From contig MCFH01000016.1 of the NCBI GenBank assembly GCA_002104945.1, forward strand, positions 248,001 to 312,000: a stretch of DNA of 64,000 nucleotides, given 5' to 3'. Below are positions 51,635 to 63,953 of the stretch, in pieces. Under the pieces are notes generated by a model that saw only the letters and a program-made list of their open reading frames with translations, had not been told where the DNA came from and made no database searches. The stretch's first letter is position 1, and each line of letters starts with the position of its first letter. Position numbers and translations under genes: made by a program. Source of the stretch: Piromyces finnis finn. Lineage: Eukaryota > Fungi > Neocallimastigomycota.

Positions 51635-52139
51635 TTTTCATTAATTATGTTATTACTTCATCCTTTTTTTTTATATAACTTTACTTTATTTCTTTAAAAT
51701 ATTATAATAAAAATTAAAATAATATAGCTAAAAAATAAAATTATAATAAAATTAATGGAGGAAAAAAAAAAAGTTTATGCTTTCATATTATTTATTGTAA
51801 GTTAATAAATAATATAAAGTTTTAAAATATTTAAACATTTTTAAATTAAGAAAAAACTATTAAACATAATTGTCATGTTTTAACCATAAAAAAATATATA
51901 TATACTTTTCTTTAAAATAATAAAGTTTTTGGTTTTATTTTTTTTTATATAAATTTTATCAGTATTAAAATTTTTTTATTCCTTTTATCAACTATTTTTA
52001 AACCTTATTAATTTAATTAAAATTATAATACATGATATAAAAAGTAAGAATAAAAATAAAAAATTAAAAATTAAAAAAAAAAGGTTTAAATAAACACAAA
52101 TGAATAAAAATTGGGTAGAATGTATTCTAATAATTAAAT

Positions 52140-52755
52140 TAAGAAAGCCACTCCCAATGGGTCACCCCCCAAGAAGGAATTTAAACATTTTATTTCATAT
52201 GTTAGAATAATCATACACATTATTAGAACTATTACTATTATTAACTAAATTTCTATCTAAATTAGAATTATTATTTTTACTCTTGCTATTACTACTATTA
52301 TTAATACTATTATTATTATTATTACTATTATTACTATTATTATTAATATTATTGCTATCTCTACTAATATTAACATTTTCATTAATAGGACTGTTGGAAT
52401 TACGTTGACTGAAAAAATTTAATAGTTGAACTATGGAATTGTAATGTTTAATACGGATATCTCTAAAAGTTGGACAATTTAATAATCAATACTTAATACT
52501 TTGAACGCCACTCTTGCAACATGGACAGTAGTTAGGACAAACTGGATCAACAAATTTAGCAGCTTTTTCCAACCTGTATCCGCTTTTTGCTTTCAATAAC
52601 CAGTAGAAATCATAGGCAAAATTTTGGTGCTCATAACATAATTTAATAAAATCTTTAGTTTCAATAAATTCATTATCGTCATAATATTAGGCTTTGATTG
52701 AATTTCCTTTTAGATCTTTCCAATAAAGGTTTTTAATTTGCTTTAACATCTCCAT
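52140..52755 (-). mobile_element. Decayed 3' fragment of a non-LTR (LINE-like) retrotransposon ORF
   Basis: One frame is kept through four stops (52689, 52488, 52197, 52164): KQIKNLYWKDLKGNSIKA*YY..FYWLLKAKSGYRLEKAAKFVDPVCPNYCPCCKSGVQSIKY*LLNCPTFRDIR..N/S-rich..FKFLLGG*P. Spacing C-x2-C-x8-[H to Y]-x4-C is that of the zinc knuckle downstream of LINE RT. No RT domain is present. Confidence 0.7.
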
Positions 52756-53441
52756 GCTTCTTTAATTTTATCATCATTATTCACTATAAAATTTATTGAA
52801 ATTATAAATTTTGTAATGAATATATTCTAATTATTTTATGTTAGAATAAAATAAATATCTTTATTTTTTTTTTAAAAAAAAAGTATTTAACTTAAATTTG
52901 TTATAATAAATAAAAATATAATAATGCAATACTTTATAAATAAGATTAAGGGCTTTATTATTTATTATGAAAAATTACATTACATATTTATATTGGAATA
53001 CATAATATAAATTTTATTTTTAATTTTTTTTTTTTTTTTTAAAAAGTTATGTGCATCTTCTTTATATACATAGATAGAATAAGCATTTGTACTACTTTTT
53101 ATGAAATACTATTTAATCATAAAATATAAATAGATAAATAAATAATTTTAAACTTTTTCACTTTGAAAACAAAAAAAAAAATATAAAAAATTAAACATAC
53201 TATAGTTCAATAGAAAAAATTTACATTATAATAAAATTAATCATTAATATTGGAAATAATACAGTAATTCTTAAAGAGTATCATTATTTTGCTTTTCTTT
53301 TTTTTTTCTTTTTTTTTTTTTTTTGAGTAGTTGATCGAATTACAATTTTAATTTTTTAAATATAGTTAACATTTTGGTATAGATTAATATATATATATAT
53401 ATATATATCATTTTAATACTTTTATTAACTGTCACTTTTAA

Positions 53442-56032
53442 TTAATAATAGGAAAGACGATCTGAAATAAAATCTTCTTGAGTTGCATAAAGATGAGAAT
53501 TGACATTCATTCCATAACCTTTATATTGTATAATATTTGAATTGGTAGAATAGCCTTTAGTAGTGTTATTTGATTGGTTTGAATTTTTGGTATTTGCTGT
53601 AAAATTAGTGGTGTTGTGATAATCATCTTTTCCTTGAATTAAGTTTTCATTTGAAGTGGTGGTTGGTATTAATGGCTGTGAATAGAGATGATAAACGGCT
53701 TGATCATTACTACAGCCATATAAATTATTTCTCATATATCGAGATGAGGAAGAAGAAAGATGAGGAGAAAAAGCCGCATATTTAGAATTTAATCTCTTTT
53801 TTAATTCTTCTTCTTCCTCACGTTCTTTTTTCAAGGTATTTTTTCCTTGATAAAAGGAAGAAGAAGGAGAGGAAGAAGGAGAAGAAGAATCGAACCATTT
53901 GCTAGAATGATGATAAAGTTTTTTTGGAGAGAATTCAGATAAATTACAAGAAGGAGCCTCTTTGAACCAGTTTTCATGCTTAGGAAATTGGAAAGAATTC
54001 TCATAGGAGGATCGAAATTGAATTGGAGAAGAAGAATAATCCTTACTCTTCATAGCTTCTTTTTCTACAAATGAGGAAGTGGAATAATTTATTATATTTG
54101 TAGATTTACCCGTAGTTGATTTTTGAGTATTAGGCTTTCTTAGCATAATAGGCTCATTCCATGAAAAGTATTCTTTACTTTTTTTTGTTTCTTCTCCATC
54201 TGAGATAGAATCGCTATCTAAGAGATTTGTTAAAGTATTTCTTTCCACAGAAACACGAGTAACTGCTGGAACTGCTGAATTTATAGATGCAGTATCTTTA
54301 GTTTTACAATCATCTTTTGAACTTGAATCTATAAATTTATTATTAAATTCAGATACATTTGTTGTTTCCTTTGGAATATCTGCAGAAGGATGTTCTCTTA
54401 AATTACTTTTAAATAAAGGATAATGATAACCTGGTTTTAACTTATATTTTACAACTGGTCCATCACAACATGGATGACTTTTAATTTCCTTAGCAGGAAT
54501 ACGAACAGTACGATCAACCTTTATAGAATAATTTTTACTATTATTATTATCCCAAAATTCTTGATGATCTACTAAATATTGAATAGCAAATTGTAAATTA
54601 CAGACACTTTCACCATCACAATCAGTATCAACATCCAAAATGAATTTATCAATATTTTGATTACAATCATCCTTCGCTGTATTATGATACTTTGCTTCCT
54701 TTATTTCTTTTGTTTCCCAATTATTAAATGTTAAATGAACTTTGACAATTTTCTCGAAAGCCAAATTTCTTACTTGAATAGTTATACGGAGAATGTCGTG
54801 TTCTTGTGTTTCATCGTCAATTAATCCGATAGATTCTAAAATGACATTTTTATCCCATGGAAGTTCAACTTTTTTTTGAGATGGAAAACCTTTTAATTTA
54901 ATAAGCTTAGCTTCCATAAAAGGTTCCAATATAGAATCTACAATGTAAATCGGAAGATTCACTATATTACTTGGACATTCAAATTTTTTGAAAGGACATT
55001 CTTCATTTTCACTCTTAAAATGGACACTTTTTTTTCTCTGTGAATGATTTTTGTAGGCTTTGAGGGAAGATGTGATTTTCTTGGTATAAACTAGTTCTTT
55101 GGAAGTAGTAGATGCCTTTCCAATATGATTACTTTGGGTATAATGCTTTTTAAGAATAGGTTTAAGAATATCATGACCATTATATTTCGTTGGTGAATTC
55201 TTAATTTCATTTTTAGCATAATTAACTTTGCTTTTTTCAATTATTTTTGTAGGATCATTAAAATGATGTGAAATAATTTTACGAAAAGATAGTTTTTGAT
55301 GTTGATTACTATTTTTATTTGTGGTAGGAGTAATATTCAAGGTACCTCTTATTAAAGAATTTTTTGGACTCTGATTTACCAAATGATTTTTATTTTTAAC
55401 AGAATAATATTGATTAAAAGATTGAATTAAATATGGATTAGAGGAAGATATTGAATTCTGCTGATCAACTGTGTTATTGATAGTAATTGAAGGATAATTT
55501 TTATTTTGATCTATTTCCAAATCAAAAATATCTTCCTGCTCATGAGTATTGATTATGTGGTTCTCATCTTCACTATTATTATCCTCTGTATTATATTTTA
55601 TTTTTTGGTTATTTATATGATTGATATTTTTATCATTTTCAAAATTTTCCTTTAATTGATTTTCTGAATCAGATAAAGAATTCTTAATATCTTCTAATTC
55701 AATAGCTGAATCTTTTCTTCTTGTATTTTCATTAGCTACATTTAGTATTAAATAAAAATATAAGTTTTTCAAAAAATTAAAATCTTTTTAATAATTTTGA
55801 TTCGACATTTAATTATTTCTTTTTTTTTTATTTTATATCATTTTATTATTCATCATATTATATTACCTATTTTTTTTTCTAGTTGACTTTTGAAAGAATT
55901 ATCAAAATTTAATGATTTCAAATTTTCAATATTAGAGTTTTCTAAACTACCATATGAAATATCATAGGAAATACTATTTGATTTATTTAATATTGATATT
56001 GTTCCTGATTTTGGAAAATTATTATTAAACAT
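53442..56032 (-). CDS. PP1 glycogen-targeting regulatory subunit (CBM21), copy 2, about 819 aa
   Basis: Exons 56032-55867 and 55735-53442 total 2460 nt, in phase. KPILKK..SSLKA..RKKSVHF (RVxF). CBM21 motifs ILESI, ITIQVRNLAFEKIVKVHLTFNNW, FAIQYLV and FWDNNNSKNYSI. The exon-1 start is less certain. Confidence 0.88.
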
Positions 56033-57890
56033 GATAAAACAACAATTCTGTATATTATTACAAGAAAGTTTTAATATTTATCAGGTGAAAAGAAAGGCAA
56101 AAATACTCTTATTGTTTTCTTTTTCTTTATTATTATCTTAATTTATTATTATAATAATATATACAAATTATCTTGTTGAAAATTTTAATAATTCTTTTTT
56201 GGTCACTTTTAATATTATAACCGACTTTTTAATGTTTTATAAAAATTATATTCTAGGTACCTAGGTTGTATATATATTCTATTAATATACAATTGCTTTC
56301 TAATTATCTAATTGATATATTTTTTAAAAAAAAATAAGATTTATGTTAATTTACTATTTTTTAAATAGATTATTTTAACTTACATTTTATATAATTAAAA
56401 AAAAAAAAGAGAAAAAAACACACAATAAAAAAAGGTTTATTAAAATTAATGATGTCATATAATTGAGTAAATTTAAATATATATTTAAAATACTGATTAA
56501 TGTCATTATTTCATTGAAAATTTATTTGAATATACTATATAAATTTAGACATAAAATATTTATATTCTATTCACTTTCTTTACTATATATACATTGATTA
56601 TTATTTTATTATTTATATATTTTATTTATTATTTTTTTTTTTAAATCATTTAATATTCTGTATGAACATTGAAAAAGTGTTCTTTTTTTTAATAATTATA
56701 AATATAAAATTTGTTTCCATACTTTTAAGGATAGCATCCATGAATGAGCCTTTCTAAATTTTCCTTTTCTAATACTGTTTTTTGTATATTATTACTATAT
56801 GTGTGTGTGTTTCTTTTATTTATTTTATATAAATTTACTTCTTTATATATATGTGAATGTTTATAAAAAAAAAAGGCTTTTAACTACATAGAAATACTTC
56901 AAAAAAAAAAAAAAAAAATTAACTTCATCATTATTATATATTAAAAAGTTTATTATGTATATTAACCATATATTTCTAATATACACTAATATGAATCAAA
57001 AATAATTAACCTATAAAATCAATTAATTATAAGTATATATTATTATATATTATTACACCGTTTCATTTTTAATATTTATTTAAATTTTAATTTTCAAAAG
57101 TATAAACAAGAAAAAGGTCTTTTTAATATACGAAAATAATATATGTGGTAATATATCCCAGAATATATTAATATATATAAAATAAAAAATAAAAATTTTA
57201 ATAGTCTGAATATTAAAAATGAGCCATATTATAGTTAATATTATTTATTATAAATAATACTATAAAGTGTATGATAATACTACTACTATATACTTTCATA
57301 AAGATATATTCTATACCCATTCTAAATCACCATATTATTAATATTAATAAAATAAAATATTATACCGATATAATGATACATTATGCTATTATTTGAGTTA
57401 GAATTACATTTTTGGTAACTGTTTTTTATATATCGAAACTGCATAATTATTAATTAATCATTATATAAAAAAAAATAATTATTGTAACTTTAATATATAT
57501 TAGAATTATATTTCATTCTATTTATAATATATATTATTTCATTAAGACCTATGATATACTTATTGATTATACTTTTTTTTTATATTTGCATTTTTTTAAA
57601 AAAAAAAAATCTAATTTCTTATGTGCATATTGTTTTTTAAGAATGCATTACTTTATGAAATAAAATAAAAGAATACATTATAGTAACATATAATTTTACT
57701 TTTAATTATTATTACCAATATTTAATGATATTGTACTTATTATTAGTAATAGTTTTAGTATTTTTTTTAGTATTAGTATTATATTATTTTTGAAATACTT
57801 TTTTGTTTTAAAAAAACTTTAACAACTTAAAAATAATATAAAAGTTTATTATATTAAAATTAATATTCTATTTATAATAATAAGTAGTAA

Positions 57891-58129
57891 AAAAAGAGGT
57901 AAATTAACTTTTATTTTAATAACAATTTTTATTTAATTTCTATCCCAAAAAGAGGTAAATTAACTTATATATCTTTAAAGGAATAGAAATTAAATAAAAA
58001 TTGTTATTAAAATAAATATATTTTTAAAGGAATAGAAATTAAATAAAAATTGTTATTAAAATAAAAGTCAATTTATCTTTTTTTTAATAACATTTTTTAT
58101 TTAATTTCTTTTCCTTTAAAGATATAAGT
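57891..58129. repeat. Nested inverted/direct repeat (fold-back) structure
   Basis: 57891-57943 pairs with 58032-58084 (50/53 nt). A perfect 43-bp direct repeat lies at 57974-58016 and 58023-58065. 58086-58129 is a near reverse complement of 57963-58008. Confidence 0.9.
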
Positions 58130-61100
58130 ATTGAACGAGAGTATCATGTTAAAACAACAATAATAAAATTTTTGAAAATAAACAGCAATCATATTAATAT
58201 TAATAATAGCAATTTTCATTTTTTTATTAAAATTTGTCTTTTATGCTAAAACATTCTAAACAAACATTTTTTTCTATCAATACCTATATCCTATTATCTT
58301 ATTATATAAAATATTTTATATTATATTTTATCCTTTCAATAATCTTTTTATTTATTATTATTATTATTATTTTTAGAATTATCCTAAAGCTAATTTTTTA
58401 AGTTGATTTTCAATAAAAAAAAACATGATAATTTCCTTTTTAGGAATATCTTATATTAATTAAATATTTCCTAATATAGAAATTTTTTTTAAAAATTTTT
58501 TGTTCAATGGTCATTAATATATTAATTATTTATTAATTATATATTATACAAATATAATATACAAATATTTATAATTAAATAGATTGAAAATGATAATAAT
58601 AAACTATATATTAATATATTTGTTTTTTTATTTCCTTTATTTAATTTATTATCTTTATATATTAACATATAATACAGAAATATCTTGTGTAAAATATCAA
58701 ACTTTATTTACTAATAAAATTCGATTTAATCTAAATTTAAATTAAAATTTGTAACAATAAAAAAAAATATTTTTACATATAAAGTTTTTTTTTATAGAGT
58801 AAAATCTTATTTTGATGAAACTTCCTTTTTAAATAATTTTTTTTAAACATTTACTTATTACTTCTTAAATATAAAATGGTAGCAAGATGATAAAATAAAA
58901 GAAAAAACGATGTTTTAATATAAAAATAAAACTACTTGGTACTATATATTTTTGTTTTTTTTAAATTTATTTTTATCTTCTTTTTTTTACTTTTAAAGCA
59001 TTCCAAAGCATTAAAGTTAATCCTTTTTTTTTTGACAAATTAATTAAGATTGATTTTTAATATATTAAAGTTTATTGGATTATATATATTAAATATATTA
59101 ATGAATGATTTTAAAGTATAAAGAATGGGGATAAAAATAATTTTTTTTAAAGTTATTTTTATTATTTATTTATTTTATTATGTATTTATTCATTCATTAA
59201 TCTATCTATTTATTTATCTATTTATTCATTTATTTTAATTCATTTTCATACTAGAATTATATATTACATAATACCAAACATATTATATAATTTAAATTCA
59301 TTCTACTAATAATATAATAAAATGTAAAATTATAAATTATATGCAATAAGAAATAAATATTTTAACAATACTAATAACAATAATAATAACAGTAATAAAC
59401 AATAATAATTGTAATAAGTTGAAATTAATTCTTGTAAATTTATTAATATTAATTATCTTTTTTATTATTATAAAATTTAATATCACAGATATTAAATTTT
59501 AATAATAATCGGTGAAGGAAATAAATATACTTTATTAAATTAAAAAAAGTATCTTAATTAAGAATCATTTGACTTTACGATTTTAACAGTATCTTCACTT
59601 TTTTTTTTTTTTTACTTTCCATATGACCATTTTTTATACCATTTTAACTTAAAAAAAGTTATATTAAAACCATAAAAGTATTTAAGTATTTTATATTTAC
59701 TCAAATTTTTTTTTTTTCAATTTTTAATTTAATTAAAATAATTAATTAAAATTAAATTCTTTAAAAATAAACTAATAATTTAAACAATGAAAGAATGAAG
59801 TATAAAATTATTATTAAATAACAATTTTATTACAACAATATTAAAATAAAAATCAATTAAAAAAAGACAAATAACAAATATAAAAAAATAAAGTAGATAA
59901 TGATGATTAAGTAGTATGAAATAAAATGTTAAAAAGAAAGTTTGTAAATTAATAACAAATTTATTTTTAATATTTAAATTTGTTATTAATTGACAAACTT
60001 TCTTTATATTATTTAAGTTTAAAAATTATAGAATATTCTATTATATCATAAAAGTATATTCATTCATAAAAAAAATTCTTTTATTAAAAGTGTCATTTTT
60101 ATAGAAGATTAATATTTATTAATTCATTACCTTTTCATAGTAAAAAAAAAAAAAAATTAGGATTAAAACATTGGTTTCATTAAATAAAAAATTTTTTTCC
60201 CTTCAAAATACAAATAATTATTTGAACTTCAATCTATTATTCATTGAAAATTAATAATACTTCTTACTAGCACCGTTTTATTATTTACCATTTTAATAAA
60301 AAAAAAATAAAATGTCTATAATTATTTGTAATTTTAAAAGAAAAATATAATATTAAGAAGTTTAAATAACATCGATACTTTTAAGTCTAATTATATAATA
60401 ATAAGTTATATGTTAAATATTATATATAATTTATATATTGTTTAACAATTAAAAGATAAACATATAATATCTTTTCTTCATTCTTAAAATAGATTTTTTT
60501 TTATTTGTACAATTTTTAAAATAAATTTATTTATCAACCATTTGGTTTTATTTTTATTTATAAAAGATTTTGTTCATATTTATATATAATATGCCAAAAT
60601 CATTTCAAAATTGTTTTCTTTTTTAATAAAGAATTGATTGATTTTTCAGTTCTTTATTTTTTGTTTTTGCTTAATTTAAAAAATAAAGACACAATGATAT
60701 AAAGAAAGATCCTTCATTAAATATTAAACAAAAAAATTTAAATTTAATTTTATATATATTAATATTATTATTTTATACTTTACATTTCTTTACATTTTAT
60801 TTTATATTATAACCGACATTTATTTACAAATCATTGTCCTTTATAATTTTATTGATTTTGAATATCTAATCTAATTTTTTCTTTAAATAAGAAAACTAAT
60901 ATACAACCTATTTAATAATTCAGCGGATATATGATATAGTTATAATTGAATTATGAATTATGAATAGAAATCAGTTGAATCAGTATAGTCTTAATTTCTC
61001 TTTCCTTATTTTAATTTTCCTTAATCATAAATTATATATCAATATTTTTTTATGGGTTGTTTACTAATGAAGTGAAGGAGATATTATTAATAATTTATAT

Positions 61101-61818
61101 CAATTATATAGTAATGGAATGTATGAAGTAGTGCTGGTTAAATTGATAGCATTAATAAACTAATGATAATCGTGAGAGTGAACAAAATATATTGTTTATG
61201 TGACCGACCGATAAAATGCTTAAATTTACTATTTCATTTTATTTAATAAGACACCTTTTATTATTTGGTATGATTCCTTTTATTTAATAGTATTCTATTT
61301 GGAAGTGTAATTCTGAGATATAATTTTTAGATATTAATATAATAATTAATATTTCTTCTTCATATATAATATATTTATTAAATATAATGTATCGAAATTA
61401 GGAATATTAATATTAAATATTAATCGTTAAAGATAATGGATGTATAATAATAAATATATTTTTATATAATGATTATAGTCGTAAAAAAAGTTTATAGAGT
61501 ATTTATTGCAATTGATTCTTTATAGTTAATGTATTGTTTTTAATTATATATAAAAATATATTGTAAATTATTATTATACATTAAGCAGTTAAGAATATTA
61601 ATAAAACCTTAAATTCATATTAAAGTAAATAATTATATTTTCTATTGATGTAATATATTTTATATTGATGTATTATTTTAATAGAATAGTAATATAATGA
61701 TAAGATATTGAATATTTATTATCATATTATATAACTTATTTCTCATTTTACTCTTTTAATACAAAAGAGAAATAGATAAGAAAAAAATGACAAAATAACA
61801 TTTTCAATATCTAAATAT

Positions 61819-62385
61819 CTAATTTCCAAGTAATACTGCTCCTTCAATTTTATTGATAATTCTATACTGTATTTGCTTCATTTCTTCACGTAATTGGCTC
61901 AATTCTACTTGATCTTTATAATACATTTTTGCTAAAGGCATTGGTCTACGATCATATTCATCATTTAATTCTTTAACAGATATATCATCATTAAAACGTA
62001 CACATTTTTCAATTTTACTGGTAGAGATAGCCTTTTTTTGATTTAAAACTTTAACTTCAAGTTTTCCTCTTTCAATATTCTTCTTTAAAAAATATATTTC
62101 ATTAAGACTTTTACATCTACGATTATATAATCCATGAAATAAGTTTGAATGAACAGTGTCATTTGTATTTTTAGTAATATCATTTTCATTTTCTTCTTTT
62201 TGGGTATCTGACAAACAATTAAAACTCTTTGAGCCCATAATCCTTTTTTCACTTCTAAATAACTTGTTAAACTTTATTAATTGCCTGTCAATATCGGATA
62301 AACTATTATACTTATTTTCCGATATAGTATTTTGTATACTAATTGGTTCATCAAAATTTCCTCCTATTATTACTTTTTGAACCAT
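61819..62385 (-). CDS. Small (188 aa) putative PP1-binding protein with RVxF and EYDRR motif
   Basis: Single uninterrupted ORF in very AT-rich surroundings. The C-terminal KCVRFNDDISVKELNDEYDRRP..VELSQLREEM resembles the PP1-binding tails of Bni4/Phactr/neurabin-type proteins. Confidence 0.7.
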   Translation of the reverse strand: MVQKVIIGGNFDEPISIQNTISENKYNSLSDIDRQLIKFNKLFRSEKRIMGSKSFNCLSDTQKEENENDITKNTNDTVHSNLFHGLYNRRCKSLNEIYFLKKNIERGKLEVKVLNQKKAISTSKIEKCVRFNDDISVKELNDEYDRRPMPLAKMYYKDQVELSQLREEMKQIQYRIINKIEGAVLLGN

Positions 62386-63617
62386 TTTTTTTATTAAGTA
62401 TTTTTTTTTTATTATTTAAAAAGTTTTTAAAAAACTTTTTTTTTATTAGCTAATATAATAAGTAGATAAATAAGAAAATGTATTAGTAGATAAATAAGAA
62501 AATGTATTAATTAAAATTGTATCTTCTTTTTAATTTTTTAATTTTAAACTACCTTTATTGAAAGCTGATTATTTTTCTTATTCTTTTGGGTATATAAGAA
62601 TTTATTTATTTTAGAGTAGTTTTTTTTTTTTAAAAAATTAAGTGGAAAAGTGTTCATTATTTATATTAACAGTTTATAAAAAAAGAAAAAAAAAGAATTT
62701 TACTAAAAGTAAATTAAAAAGATATATTTTTATCTCTTTAAATTTAGTTAAATATATTAATTAAATTAAATTTTACAAGTAGATTAAAATTTACTATAAA
62801 TAAATATAATTGAAATAAAATAATTAATTTTTTATAATTTAAATGGAATTTATTCCTTATTTTTCTTTTTTTTGAAGTCTATCGAATGAATATCAATTTA
62901 ATCTATTTAATGTTCAAATAAAAAAATGTTTAAAACAAATTACTTTGTAATTAATATATTTTTTGGTAATGTCTTTTAAACTTTTTTTTTTTTCATTAAA
63001 TGTAAAATATATATATAAAGGTATAATTAGATAAATTAATAAAATTAAATAATAATAATACAGTATAGCTTAAGTATAGTAATACATTTAAAACATTTTT
63101 CTTATTTTGTTTTTTATATTACTATAAAAAAAAAAAAAATATTCTCTTTCATTTTATTTTATTTTTTTTTTAGTCTTTTATTCATTTATTTTACTTTTTA
63201 CTTTTTAAAAATTTAATATTTTTAGTATTTCTTTAAAATTCATAAAAAAAAAAAAAAAAAAAAATATAATAAAACAAAATTAAAAAGGGTTTGTTGGATG
63301 TATAATAACTTGTTAAAAATGAATAAATATATTTGATTTTGGATAATAATGGTTATATAGCAATGAGTTAAATAAATAATAAAATGATAATTTATTATAA
63401 AATCAATATATAAAATGTATTTCAATACTTTTTTTTTTTTTTTTAATTTTTTAACCGATTTAAAAATTATAAATAAAAAAAAATTATATATAAATATGTT
63501 TTTTTTTTTTTTGTTGGCGAAAAATGATAATTAATATTTTATATAGAATTTAATATTTAATTATTAATTTTCTATATATATACATTGAAAACCGAGAAAA
63601 AAAAAATAAAGAAAAAA

Positions 63618-63953
63618 TTAATCTTTTTTTGTATGTACTGAATTGATCCAGTGATCTACTATAAATATTATTAGTACAGAAAGAATCATTGGTAGAAATT
63701 GAAGATTGATGATATATATTAAATTTAATTTTGGAAGTAACTCATTTTGATCAAACCCATATTTTGTCATATTTTGATATATATTATTATTAATAAGTTT
63801 TAACTTGTGAGAAATTGTGTGGGATACTAAATTTAATTGATTAAGGTTTTCAGAAAGGTAGTATATAATATGAAGTAAAAGAATCGGTTGAATCAATACA
63901 ACATAAATTGTATTGGACGCAGCTAATGTTAAAAGTAATCTTCGGATCTTACT
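63618..63953 (-). CDS. Terminal exon of a multi-pass membrane protein whose start lies beyond the window
   Basis: AG acceptor at 63955-54, then 112 open codons: SKIRRLLLTLAASNTIYVVLIQPILLLHIIYYL..MTKYG..IYIINLQFLPMILSVLIIFIV..TKKD*. It has hydrophobic helices and a weak resemblance to the GPAA1/Gaa1 C-terminus, unverified. Confidence 0.55.
   Translation of the reverse strand, partial: SKIRRLLLTLAASNTIYVVLIQPILLLHIIYYLSENLNQLNLVSHTISHKLKLINNNIYQNMTKYGFDQNELLPKLNLIYIINLQFLPMILSVLIIFIVDHWINSVHTKKD

Noticed and set aside
52140-52755. RIP-like C-to-T mutagenesis of the LINE relic
   Set aside because: Some stops fit transitions, but ancestral codons cannot be inferred from one copy; a family consensus is needed.
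60900-61260. Slightly GC-richer intergenic patch as tRNA or snoRNA
   Set aside because: No cloverleaf, T-loop consensus or convincingly paired C/D boxes could be drawn.
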